A stretch of DNA of 34,300 bases from Bacteroidota bacterium (GCA_009937085.1 JAACDD010000108.1:1-34300), one strand, 5' to 3'. Positions 17,781-26,531 are shown, counted from the stretch's first letter. The notes: a model not told the origin generated them from the letters alone. Numbers and translations: made by a program.

Positions 17781-18539
17781 CTAAAAAGCCCGAACAGCAC
17801 GCACATTGAAAGTGTAGTACTTATCGACGCCGTTCTGACCACCATTGTCGAAAAACTGAAACCACGCGAAAACGTTATCGATCTCCGTAGAACTCCAGTA
17901 GACATTAGAACCAAAATTACCAATATCCCCAAGGCCCAATTCATCTCCAGGTCCTATGTTTTCATACATTAAATTTAATTCATCGTATGAGGGTAAAAAC
18001 CAATCACTATATCCTCCCAATGTTAAATCTGCACAAATTCTTGCAGCTATTGCTGTTTCAGAACATCCACCAAGGATTGTTGTTGTATTAGCAGCTCCAG
18101 TTCCTACAGCTGAACTTGTACCGCCATTAGACTGTCCGTAACAACCCCACGCTGCGGAAGATTGATCTGAGGGAGCGGCAATTAAGCCTCCGCCATTTCC
18201 ATCCAAGTAAAAAACAGCGCCGCCTTGATAAGTATCTCCTATTGCTGGTGGTGGTGGATCATTTACATCATCACCTATTGTGTTTTTCCAACTGGATGTA
18301 AGTTTAATCTGAAGTTCGCCTTCACCAGATGCACAGTCACTACAAAAAATAATTAGACCCTGAGTTGCTGTAATAGCATCCCGCTGGGCTGCTGTCATAC
18401 GAGGTACAAGTAACCCTCCCGTAGTAGAAGTAATATCTAATGCCGCAGAAGCGTCTGGGTTTTCATTATTAACACCCACCTGGGCAAAGGTTGTTGCAGT
18501 TAGTAATACCGCTGCTAAAAGTGTGAAAAATTGTTTCAT
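17781..18539 (-). CDS. Secreted DUF1566 (Lcl C-terminal domain-like) protein
   Basis: It has a signal peptide MKQFFTLLAAVLLTATTFAQ and the Bacteroidota N-terminal motif VGVNNENPDASAALDITSTTGGLLVPRMTAAQRDAI. DUF1566-type signatures are GGYSDWFLPSYDELNLMY and YWSSTE...AWFQFFDNG...VRAVRAF. Confidence 0.75.
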   Translation of the reverse strand: MKQFFTLLAAVLLTATTFAQVGVNNENPDASAALDITSTTGGLLVPRMTAAQRDAITATQGLIIFCSDCASGEGELQIKLTSSWKNTIGDDVNDPPPPAIGDTYQGGAVFYLDGNGGGLIAAPSDQSSAAWGCYGQSNGGTSSAVGTGAANTTTILGGCSETAIAARICADLTLGGYSDWFLPSYDELNLMYENIGPGDELGLGDIGNFGSNVYWSSTEIDNVFAWFQFFDNGGQNGVDKYYTFNVRAVRAF

Positions 18540-18656
18540 TGGTTTTATTTAAAACAAATGTAATGAATGCTATTGATTGTGAAGAGAACCTATGGTATTT
18601 AAACAAATACAAGAGTGAAACTTAATTAGGCGCTTATTATATAGCTTTTAAGCGGG

Positions 18657-18726
18657 CTGTAAAATCTCTTAACTTATCTAAATCTTGCAGAAATAAGTTC
18701 GATAATTGGAGTACGTTGTGTACAAA
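18657..18726 (+). repeat. 70-nt repeat module, copy B
   Basis: See copy A: 59/70 identical overall, with the last 35 nt identical. It lies between two minus-strand genes. Confidence 0.8.
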
Positions 18727-18755
18727 AGCTCGCATTTGCGAGCTTTTTTGTTTTT
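18724..18755. terminator. Intrinsic terminator, potentially bidirectional (longer T-tract on the + strand)
   Basis: A stem agctcgc / gcgagct (18727-18733 and 18738-18744) encloses the loop attt. On + it is followed by TTTTTTgTTTTT. On - it is followed by only four T. It could terminate the nfu-like gene, the + strand repeat module, or both. Confidence 0.65.
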
Positions 18756-18765
18756 AGGCTGTTAT

Positions 18766-19653
18766 TTACCCATTTATCGCAACTACTTGCTCCACTTTGC
18801 CGGGTAGCATTTCGCGCATCATGGTTTCAATCCCATTTTTAAGGGTAAATGTTGAAGAAGGGCAACCGCTACAGGCACCTTGCAGTACCACATGCACCGC
18901 CTTTTCAGCTTCATTAAATGATTGAAACACAATATTTCCACCGTCAGAAGCTACGGCAGGCTTGATATACTCATCTAAGATGCGAACAATTTCCTGTTCT
19001 GTATCTGTGTAGTTTGGTTGTGCTTGTTCTGGCGTTTCATTGGCGGGCACAAATGCAGGCGTTAGTATAGGTTTTTCTTCAGCAATATACTCACGAATAA
19101 AAGTGCGTACTTGTTGCATCACTTCTTCCCAGGCAGTAATTTCATATTTGGTAACCGAAACAAAGTTTTCGTCCATATATACCTCTTTCACAAAAGGAAA
19201 ATGAAACAAGGCTTGCGCTAAAGGAGCGTCTTTGGTGGCTTCTATTGAAGTAAACTCCACACTTGCCGGCACTAATTTTTTGTTGGCTACAAATTTCATC
19301 ACAGCCGGATTTGGTGTACTTTCGGCATATACGCTCGCGGGTGCTGTCTTTTTTTCTTTAAGGATAGCTCCGCCTTCAGCGATGTATTTTTCCAATTGGT
19401 CGTGTACTTCGTCTTGCACCTCATCCCATTCTACAATAGTAAAACGCTCTAGCGTAAGTTGGGTACTACTCAACGTAACCGCCTTAACAAACGGCAAATA
19501 AAACAGTTGCTGCGCCAAAGGCACCTCGGCAGCTTCAGCAACATTATTAAAGGCATATGCACGATCTACCAAAGGCGTATCAGTAGCAAACACAAGCAAA
19601 TCGGGATTATCAGACGGAAGGATACGAAAACAACTCATAGGCTTTTTATGCAA
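18766..19653 (-). CDS. NifU/Nfu family Fe-S cluster assembly protein (two Nfu N-terminal-like domains plus a C-terminal Nfu domain)
   Basis: The C-terminal domain has the CXXC motif (VVLQGACSGCPSSTFTLKNGIE). A module is duplicated (LAQQLFYLPFVKAVTL and LAQALFHFPFVKEVYM). The start is either M1 (19653) or M6 (19638). Confidence 0.85.
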   Translation of the reverse strand: MHKKPMSCFRILPSDNPDLLVFATDTPLVDRAYAFNNVAEAAEVPLAQQLFYLPFVKAVTLSSTQLTLERFTIVEWDEVQDEVHDQLEKYIAEGGAILKEKKTAPASVYAESTPNPAVMKFVANKKLVPASVEFTSIEATKDAPLAQALFHFPFVKEVYMDENFVSVTKYEITAWEEVMQQVRTFIREYIAEEKPILTPAFVPANETPEQAQPNYTDTEQEIVRILDEYIKPAVASDGGNIVFQSFNEAEKAVHVVLQGACSGCPSSTFTLKNGIETMMREMLPGKVEQVVAING

Positions 19654-19713
19654 AAATACGCATTCCTATGTTCTGTTACTTAGCCATACCCTTAGATTTT
19701 TGTACTTTGCAGT

Positions 19714-20226
19714 ATGCTAATAAAATCTGTTTTAGGACATACCCCAGACTACGGAAAAGAATGTTTTTTTGCTGATAATGCCACGCTTATCGGAGATGTT
19801 ATCATGGGCGATTATTGCTCGGTTTGGTTTCAGGCGGTGGTGCGCGGCGATGTTCACAGCATTCGCATGGGCAATCGAGTAAACATACAAGATGGTGCCG
19901 TAATTCACGCCACCTATAAAGCTTCGCCTACCACTATTGGCAATAATGTTTCGGTCGGACATAATGCTATAGTGCATGGATGTACCATTCATGATAATGT
20001 TTTGGTGGGGATGGGCGCAATTATTATGGACGATGCCGTTATTGAATCGAACAGTATTATTGCAGCAGGTGCTGTAGTATCCAAAAACACGGTAGTACCG
20101 GCAGGTTCTGTTTTTGCAGGTGTGCCTGCCAAAAAAATCAAAGAGAGTTCGCCAGAGCTAATTTCAGGTGAAATTGAGCGTATTGCCAAAAACTACAGCC
20201 TATACGCCAGTTGGTTTAAAGACTAA
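19714..20226 (+). CDS. Gamma-carbonic-anhydrase-like / hexapeptide-repeat transferase family protein (YrdA/PaaY-like)
   Basis: It has left-handed beta-helix hexapeptide repeats and the family signature VWFQAVVRGDV...IGNNVSVGHNAIVHGCTI. Length is 170 aa. Confidence 0.85.
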   Translation: MLIKSVLGHTPDYGKECFFADNATLIGDVIMGDYCSVWFQAVVRGDVHSIRMGNRVNIQDGAVIHATYKASPTTIGNNVSVGHNAIVHGCTIHDNVLVGMGAIIMDDAVIESNSIIAAGAVVSKNTVVPAGSVFAGVPAKKIKESSPELISGEIERIAKNYSLYASWFKD

Positions 20227-20996
20227 ATCTGAATTTGTGTCACATCTGTAATGTCAAAAAGCTGCCAAAGGGTTTTGTTGGGAGTTGTTGTGCTGTAATA
20301 GGATGTGTTCCCAGTACTATTTTGAAGTAATAGATGTTGCTTTAAAAGGCGATGCGTTTGCTTGGCAACAGCGTCGCTACAATCCACAATGGTAACGTTT
20401 TTTGGAAGTATACGTTGAAGCGTTCCACGCAAAAACGGATAGTGCGTACAACCCAAAACCAAATGATCTATGGGTTTTTCTAACATGGGCGCAAGGTCGT
20501 TTTGGAGTTGCATTTCCGCTTCCAAACTCGTTGCGTTTCCGCTTTCTACCAACGCTACCAAACCATGTCCAATTTGGGAAACTACCTCAATGTCTTTCGC
20601 GTGGTCTTGTGCAGTAGTTTGAAACAGTTCACTTGACAAGGTTCCTTCTGTAGCCAATACGCCAACTACACCGGTTTTGCTCCCCAAAGCAGCGGGTTTT
20701 ATGGCAGGCTCGATGCCTACAAACGGTACCTGAAAAGATTCGCGCAACTGCGCTATGGCATTTGTTGTTGCCGTATTGCAGGCGACTACGATAAGCTTGC
20801 ATCCCTTTTCAATAAGCCATTCGCTAATGGCTGCTGAGCGTTTTTGAATTTCGGATTTTGAACGTTTGCCATAAGGCGTAAATGCCTGATCGGCTACATA
20901 GATAATGTCCTCGTTTGGAAGGAGTTCTCGCAGTGCGTGAAGTACAGAAAGTCCGCCAACACCTGAATCAAAAACACCAATAGGAGAATTCCGCAT
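20223..20996 (-). CDS. murI: Glutamate racemase
   Basis: Family motifs are IGVFDSGVGGLSV, the catalytic cysteines in VVACNTAT and LGCTHYPF. Confidence 0.93.
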   Translation of the reverse strand: MRNSPIGVFDSGVGGLSVLHALRELLPNEDIIYVADQAFTPYGKRSKSEIQKRSAAISEWLIEKGCKLIVVACNTATTNAIAQLRESFQVPFVGIEPAIKPAALGSKTGVVGVLATEGTLSSELFQTTAQDHAKDIEVVSQIGHGLVALVESGNATSLEAEMQLQNDLAPMLEKPIDHLVLGCTHYPFLRGTLQRILPKNVTIVDCSDAVAKQTHRLLKQHLLLQNSTGNTSYYSTTTPNKTLWQLFDITDVTQIQI

Positions 20997-21005
20997 GCTT
21001 AAAAA

Positions 21006-21038
21006 TAAAAAAACTGCTCCGAATAGAAGCAGTTTTTT
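21006..21038 (-). terminator. Intrinsic terminator after the bamA-ompH-ompH unit
   Basis: A 5-bp core stem ctgct / agcag (21014-21018 and 21028-21032) is extended by A/T pairs. On the minus strand it is followed by TTTTTTTaTTTTT. Confidence 0.55.
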
Positions 21039-21059
21039 GAAATTGTCTGAGAATTTAGA

Positions 21060-21563
21060 TTAAATACCCAATGCTTTCTTTACGTCTGGCGAAAGGTCTT
21101 TACCGTTTGCCATTAAAAGTGCACCGCCTAAACTTCCGTCAATTACGTAGTCAAAACCTTGTGCTTTTGCTACTTCTTGCACTTTAGCACGTGCATTTTC
21201 AATGATTGGGCGAAGCAAATCAGCTTGTTTTTTCTGAATGTCTTGAGATGCCGTTTGGCGGAACTGTTGGATATTTTGCTCCATACCTGCCAACTCTTGC
21301 TGACGCGCTTGGTTGGTTACATCTGTTTGACTTTCTGCTTCGGCAGAATAGTTTTGCAGTTTTGTTTGGTATTCCTTAATTGAAGCTTCAATTTCGGTTT
21401 GGTAGTCCTTCTCAAGTTTTTGAACTTCTTCTTGAGCAGCAATTACACTAGGCATTTCGCTGATAAGTTTTTGGAAGTCAATGTGTGCCACCTTGCTTTG
21501 TGCATAAGTTGCACTGCTTAGCATTAAAACGATGGTTAGAAGGAGAGTAGATAAATATTTCAT
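21060..21563 (-). CDS. OmpH/Skp family periplasmic chaperone
   Basis: It has a signal peptide (MKYLSTLLLTIVLMLSSATYAQ), a Q/E-rich coiled-coil body and C-terminal GFDYVIDGS. It lies directly downstream of bamA and the first ompH. Confidence 0.85.
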   Translation of the reverse strand: MKYLSTLLLTIVLMLSSATYAQSKVAHIDFQKLISEMPSVIAAQEEVQKLEKDYQTEIEASIKEYQTKLQNYSAEAESQTDVTNQARQQELAGMEQNIQQFRQTASQDIQKKQADLLRPIIENARAKVQEVAKAQGFDYVIDGSLGGALLMANGKDLSPDVKKALGI

Positions 21564-21584
21564 TTGATTAAGATTAAATTGAAT

Positions 21585-22514
21585 TTACTTTTTTTGTTGC
21601 GCTTGTTTGCGTTTTTCTTCGATTTCTTTTTTACGTCGCTCTAGTTCTTCAAGGCGTTCTTTTTTACGCTTTGCTAATGCTTCGGCTTGTTCTTTTTTTC
21701 GTTGTGCAAGTTCTGCTGCACGTTCTTTTCTTTTTTGTTCGATTTCAGCCTTACGTGCTGCTCTTTGCTCTTCTGCAGAGAGCTCATCAGCAGTATCGTC
21801 GGGTGCCTTTTCTCCCGATTTTTTTGCGTTTTTCTTGCGTTTACGCTCCGCTTTGCGTTCTTCCAACAGCTTTAGTCGTTCGGCTTTGCGCGCTTCTAGC
21901 AACTTGCGCTTCTCTTCTAATGCCGGATTGGAACGCTGACGACGCTCCTCCTTTTTGGTTTCACTCAAAAAAGCTTGCGCCTCCTTTTTGTCTTCAATTT
22001 CTATATATCGAATAACAAGGTCGCTAATATCGTATTTTTTTTCAGAATGCAACACCAAAATTTCTGCAGTACTATCAAAAACATAATCCAAATTGCGATC
22101 ATCGGCAACTTCTTTGATAGCTGTCAGGATTTCATCCTGTGCGGGTTGTGCCAACAATACTTTTTGTTTGATCCAATCGCCCTCAGTTCCAAATCGCTTT
22201 TCTATATATTGGTTTAATTTATCTTGTTCGAATCCAATATCTTCTGCACGCTCCTCATAAATTTCTTCGGTAAGTAGTGGACGTTCTAGTTCTAAGGACT
22301 CTCGCTCTTGGTCTAATTCTTTTTGTTTGGTTTCTATTTCATTACGCCAAGTTGCAATTTTTCCTTCAAGCTCTTGATTAGAGGTTGCATATTCTTTATG
22401 CATTTCCAATACTTTATCTAAATCTAAAAACCCGATACGAACATTTTTTTGCGCATATCCAGATGCGACAAAAAGCATCGATAATACAAAAAGAATTGGA
22501 CGTAAAGTAGTCAT
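21585..22514 (-). CDS. OmpH/Skp family protein with a long Lys/Glu/Arg/Ala-rich C-terminal tail
   Basis: It has a signal peptide after ATG 22514 (MTTLRPILFVLSMLFVASGYAQ) and a Skp-like body (IGFLDLDKVL ... NLDYVFDS). A highly charged tail of about 120 aa follows. The ORF extension to 22562 overlaps bamA and is not favoured. Confidence 0.8.
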   Translation of the reverse strand: MTTLRPILFVLSMLFVASGYAQKNVRIGFLDLDKVLEMHKEYATSNQELEGKIATWRNEIETKQKELDQERESLELERPLLTEEIYEERAEDIGFEQDKLNQYIEKRFGTEGDWIKQKVLLAQPAQDEILTAIKEVADDRNLDYVFDSTAEILVLHSEKKYDISDLVIRYIEIEDKKEAQAFLSETKKEERRQRSNPALEEKRKLLEARKAERLKLLEERKAERKRKKNAKKSGEKAPDDTADELSAEEQRAARKAEIEQKRKERAAELAQRKKEQAEALAKRKKERLEELERRKKEIEEKRKQAQQKK

Positions 22515-22525
22515 ACTAAATAACG

Positions 22526-25078
22526 TTAGAACTGTTGTCCGATTATAAAATGTGTTTCCCATCCGTGCGGATTTAAGTCATTTTCGAGCGGGCTATCAAA
22601 TCCATATCCAAAATCTATGCCCAACAGTCCAAACGCAGGCATAAAAATGCGAACTCCGAAGCCAGCAGAGCGTTTACTGTTAAACGGATTAAACTCTCGA
22701 AAATTGTTATACCCATTCCCCGCCTCTAAAAAAGATAACGCAAAAATAGATGCACTTGGTTTTAAAGTAATGGGATAGCGAAGTTCTAATGAAAATTTAT
22801 TGTACACTGTAGAGCCATCGGTACTTGAAAGCGATTGGTTTTCGTATCCACGTAAGGCAACCATTTCTCTACCGTCTAGTGCATACTGCGCCAAACCGTC
22901 TCCACCCAAATAATAACGCTCAAAAGGAATAATACCTCTTTCATTATTGTAAGCACCTAAAAACCCAAATTCTGCATGTGTTTTAAGGATAAGTTTTCCG
23001 ACAATTCGCGTGTACCAACTTCCTTCAAAATTAAGCTTATAATACTCTAGCCAACGGAATTTTTCTTGGTCAATTTTTTCTCTATTGGCCGTTCCATCTG
23101 CATTTTGATAGGCAGGTTGGTTTTCCAAATCGCCGTAATCAATGTTACCAACTAACGAATAGGGAAATGAAAATTTAGCACCAATGGTAAAGGATGAACC
23201 TCCAACGGGGAAAATCGGGTTGGTATAGGTATTGTTTCTTGAAAGTGCTATCGCATAGAACAAGTTGTTTGACACACCATCTCCGAAAGTAAAGAGCCCT
23301 GTGTAATAATTATTTAAATCAAAATACTGAAAACCTATAGTTTGTGAAAGCGTAAAATAATCATCGGGAACTTGCAAGCGTTTTGCTAAGCCTAAGTTTA
23401 TTCCTCTAATTTTAAAGTATTGACCCTTGTTGGCAAGCCCGGTCGTATAATCATAGCGGTATTGCGTGGTTTGTGAAATGGAAGTCGAAAAGCGAACAGG
23501 TTGCTCACCACCAAGCCACGGCTCAGCAAAAGAAAAACTGTACGTTTCAAAAAATCTACTTGCCTGCAAACGAAGCGCCAATTGCTGTCCGTCACCCATG
23601 GGTACAGGTTTGTATTCATCTTTGTTCCAAATGTTGCGCATAGAGAAGTTATTGAACGATAGACCAAGTGTTCCAATAAAACCACCACCGCCATAACCAC
23701 CTTGAAGTTCAATTTGACTTGCGCCTTTTTCTACCAATCCATATTCGATATCCACCGTACCTGCGTTTGGATCTACATCTTTAAAATCGGGTGAAATTTG
23801 TTCTGGATCAAAAAAGCCCAATTGTCCTAATTCACGAACCGAACGCACCACTTTATCCTTGCTGTAAAGTTCCCCTGGACGTGTTCTAATTTCTCTAAAA
23901 ATTACGTGGTCGTTTGTACGGTCGTTTCCACGTACCGAAATACGATTAAAATAAGCCGGCTTTCCTTCTGTTATCCGTACTTCAAAATTAATAGTATCAT
24001 TAGCCGCACTTACTTCCACAGGATTAATGCTTGAAAACAAGTAACCGTTGTTTTGGTATAAATTGGTTAAATCTTCACCGTCGGGTTTTGTTTGGTCCGC
24101 AATGCGTTGTCGAAGTAAAACGCCGTTGTAGGTATCGCCAGATTTTAAACCGAGTACGCGTGAAAGTTGCGCATCACTATAAACAGAGTTTCCAATAAAA
24201 TCAATTTTGCCAAAATAATACCTGTTACCTTCTTGTAAGGCAATATCAATGTCAATTTTATCGTCATCAATTTTTACGGTATCCGAAACAATCCGGGCAT
24301 CCCTGTAGCCTTTCTCTTTGTAGAAATCAAGTAAAGCCTTCATGTCTTCCTCATATTCAGCCTCAATATATTTGGAGCGTTTCCAGAAGCGACCAGGGAA
24401 TTCAACTTTGGTGTTTTTGAATTTTTTTAGCAATTTTTTTGTTTTGTAAATCGAATTACCATTCATATTTACTGAACGCACTTTTACACGATCTCCACGA
24501 TCCAACGAAATCAACATTTTTTGATTGTTAACTCCAGTGGTGTCTGGTTTTGTATCTATGGTAACTTTAGCATTCAAAAACCCATCTTTTCGGTATTTAT
24601 TTTGAATGTAGTTTTTGGTTGTAGATAAGAAGTTTTTGCTGAGCTTTTTCCCTTTTTTAATATCTGTGTCTTTGACAATAGACTCAATCTTTCCTTTTTT
24701 AATTCCTTTTATGGTGTAGTCAGAAAGCGTTGGAAGTTCTTGGATGTAAAGTTCTAAATCAGCAACATCACCATCAATTTTGGTAATAAAAAATTCGATA
24801 TCGCTAAAGAGTTCTAGCTTCCAAAGTTTATTAATGGTAGCACTGATTTCTTCACCTGGGATTTGAATGCGCTGTCCTTTGCGTAGTCCAGTATATGCAA
24901 CAACGGTTTGCGGGCTAAAAGTTTTAACTCCTGTTACGTTAATTTCACCAATCTCGTAAATCTTTCCTTTGTCAAAAGTGATTTCTTGCGCAGTTATAAG
25001 GTTTAAGCTTATAAGCGTTAGGCATAAAAAAATGGAATGGAGGAGGTGGTTACGTAAGTTGTTCGCTAGTTTTTCCAA
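22526..25078 (-). CDS. bamA: Outer membrane protein assembly factor BamA
   Basis: The 850-aa product has repeated POTRA-like modules, then a beta-barrel rich in alternating aromatic and Gly residues that ends ...HFIIGQQF (terminal Phe). The synteny uppS-bamA-ompH supports the call. Confidence 0.93.
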   Translation of the reverse strand: MEKLANNLRNHLLHSIFLCLTLISLNLITAQEITFDKGKIYEIGEINVTGVKTFSPQTVVAYTGLRKGQRIQIPGEEISATINKLWKLELFSDIEFFITKIDGDVADLELYIQELPTLSDYTIKGIKKGKIESIVKDTDIKKGKKLSKNFLSTTKNYIQNKYRKDGFLNAKVTIDTKPDTTGVNNQKMLISLDRGDRVKVRSVNMNGNSIYKTKKLLKKFKNTKVEFPGRFWKRSKYIEAEYEEDMKALLDFYKEKGYRDARIVSDTVKIDDDKIDIDIALQEGNRYYFGKIDFIGNSVYSDAQLSRVLGLKSGDTYNGVLLRQRIADQTKPDGEDLTNLYQNNGYLFSSINPVEVSAANDTINFEVRITEGKPAYFNRISVRGNDRTNDHVIFREIRTRPGELYSKDKVVRSVRELGQLGFFDPEQISPDFKDVDPNAGTVDIEYGLVEKGASQIELQGGYGGGGFIGTLGLSFNNFSMRNIWNKDEYKPVPMGDGQQLALRLQASRFFETYSFSFAEPWLGGEQPVRFSTSISQTTQYRYDYTTGLANKGQYFKIRGINLGLAKRLQVPDDYFTLSQTIGFQYFDLNNYYTGLFTFGDGVSNNLFYAIALSRNNTYTNPIFPVGGSSFTIGAKFSFPYSLVGNIDYGDLENQPAYQNADGTANREKIDQEKFRWLEYYKLNFEGSWYTRIVGKLILKTHAEFGFLGAYNNERGIIPFERYYLGGDGLAQYALDGREMVALRGYENQSLSSTDGSTVYNKFSLELRYPITLKPSASIFALSFLEAGNGYNNFREFNPFNSKRSAGFGVRIFMPAFGLLGIDFGYGFDSPLENDLNPHGWETHFIIGQQF

Positions 25079-25787
25079 ATCTACGTTCTCTTTTTTGATA
25101 ACTTAAAATTGCCTGATGTAAGGATTGTTCGTTAAATTCCGGCCACAATTCATCCGTAAAGTAAAGTTCTGCATAAGCAATTTGCCACAACAAAAAATTA
25201 CTGATACGCACTTCTCCGCTTGTGCGAATAAGTAAATCTACGTCAGGCAGATTTTGCGTGTAAAGATGCTCATTAATTATGGTTTCGTCAATACTTTCAA
25301 CAGGAATTATATTATTTTTAACTTTTTTGCTTATCTGTACTACCGCTTGTTTGATTTCTTCTCTGGCGCCATAGCTGAGCGCAAGGGTCAAATGTGTTCC
25401 CGTGTTTGCTGCAGTTTTTTGAACTACTTCATGCAATTCTTGCTGTACATTTTTCGGTAGTTTATCCAATGAGCCTATCGCACTAAGCTTGATGTTATTA
25501 GAAGCCATACGTTCTAATTCACGGCGTAAACTTCGCACCAACAATGCCATTAACGTACTTATTTCTGTTTTTGGACGACTCCAGTTTTCGGTGGAAAAAG
25601 CATAGAGTGTAAGGTGTTTGATTCCGAGATTTGCGGCTGCTTCTACCGTTTTACGAACGGCTTCAGCGCCGGCCTCATGACCGCGAACGCGTAGTTTTCC
25701 GCGTTGTTGCGCCCAACGTCCATTGCCATCCATAATGATAGCAATGTGTTGCGGTAAAGCTTCTTTGTTTAAATCCTCGAAATTCAT
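25050..25787 (-). CDS. uppS: Isoprenyl transferase (undecaprenyl diphosphate synthase)
   Basis: Family motifs are HIAIIMDGNGRWA, YAFSTENWSRP and LLIRTSGEVRISNFLLWQ. It overlaps the bamA start by 29 nt. Confidence 0.93.
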   Translation of the reverse strand: MNFEDLNKEALPQHIAIIMDGNGRWAQQRGKLRVRGHEAGAEAVRKTVEAAANLGIKHLTLYAFSTENWSRPKTEISTLMALLVRSLRRELERMASNNIKLSAIGSLDKLPKNVQQELHEVVQKTAANTGTHLTLALSYGAREEIKQAVVQISKKVKNNIIPVESIDETIINEHLYTQNLPDVDLLIRTSGEVRISNFLLWQIAYAELYFTDELWPEFNEQSLHQAILSYQKRERRFGKTSEQLT

Positions 25788-25793
25788 TTTTAT

Positions 25794-26495
25794 TTATTCC
25801 CTACAACATGGTAGTTTTCCAAAGGCGTAAGTTATAGAAATCCCCGTAAATACCAACCAATCACTACTCAAACTCGTAGAAAATTGTTTGGCAAGTGGTT
25901 GTTTGTCTGTATTTGGATAGCTCCCGTCTACATTATCGGTTAAGGTAAACTGCGGTTGCACTTCGGCTGCAATTACCCAATATTGACCTAAATTAACTTT
26001 TATTCCTGCACCAAAAGGTACACCCATCGTCATTTTTCTTCCATGTGAAGTAGCGGTGTTTTCATATTCTGGAAAATACAGCTCATCAACTACCAAACGT
26101 TGTACACCAACATGTAAGTAGGGTGTCCAGGAAATGCCAAATTCGCCAATGGGAAGTGCTACATAATTTGCTTCAACGCCAACGCCTAACGCGGAGTAGT
26201 TGTTAGAAAAAGATAACCCTCGCGTACGGCGATCTAGTGCTGTTGCATTTTGGTCGTTGGCACTAAATTTACCTGTGCTAAACTGGGCACGTAGCGCAAT
26301 GCGTTGTGTGATATTTCGTTTGTAAATGATACCATAACCCAAATGTTTTGGATTGAAATATTGCGTATCTCCTATTTCACCAATATAGTTAACACCCCCT
26401 ATAAGAATTCCCAATTCATGACGTTGCGCATGGACAGAAGTGGTTGCAATGCAAAGTAGAAAAAACCAAATTGATAAGTGATTCATGCGAAACAT
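25794..26495 (-). CDS. DUF6089-like outer-membrane beta-barrel protein
   Basis: It has a signal peptide (WFFLLCIATTSVHAQ) and alternating beta-strand patterning with a C-terminal aromatic-rich strand (ISITYAFG). Its conserved position between nadK and uppS in Flavobacteriia supports the call. The family assignment is by eye. Confidence 0.6.
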   Translation of the reverse strand: MFRMNHLSIWFFLLCIATTSVHAQRHELGILIGGVNYIGEIGDTQYFNPKHLGYGIIYKRNITQRIALRAQFSTGKFSANDQNATALDRRTRGLSFSNNYSALGVGVEANYVALPIGEFGISWTPYLHVGVQRLVVDELYFPEYENTATSHGRKMTMGVPFGAGIKVNLGQYWVIAAEVQPQFTLTDNVDGSYPNTDKQPLAKQFSTSLSSDWLVFTGISITYAFGKLPCCRE

Positions 26496-26531
26496 GTGTA
26501 TACTAAAAACTGAAAATCACGGAGTTTATTG

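Noticed and set aside
17781-17900. A diversity-generating retroelement acting on the DUF1566 C-terminus
   Set aside because: No reverse transcriptase gene and no template-repeat copy of the C-terminal coding region are visible anywhere in this window. Only the target-like scaffold is present. I kept it as a genome-wide check, not as a claim.
17753-17944. A 63-aa minus-strand ORF overlapping the 3' end of the DUF1566 gene
   Set aside because: It is out of frame within the better-supported DUF1566 CDS, extends into the terminator region and has no recognisable features.
16391-18760. A classical integrase-borne genomic island at tRNA-Leu
   Set aside because: No tyrosine or serine recombinase, transposase or excisionase ORF exists in the segment. 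The repeats involve the terminator flank, not the tRNA 3' end proper. I report it only as a small islet or remnant.
21607-22015. Three + strand ORFs (110, 114 and 62 aa) rich in Ser, Phe, Leu, Cys and Arg
   Set aside because: They are mirror images of the low-complexity AAG/GAA/CGN-rich tail of the minus-strand OmpH gene. Their composition is not protein-like.
25050-25078. The 29-nt uppS/bamA overlap as a possible frameshift or fusion site
   Set aside because: Both proteins have complete family-typical termini: bamA has a signal-peptide N-terminus and uppS ends after its conserved core. The reading frames differ, and short overlaps are common in this tightly packed strand run.
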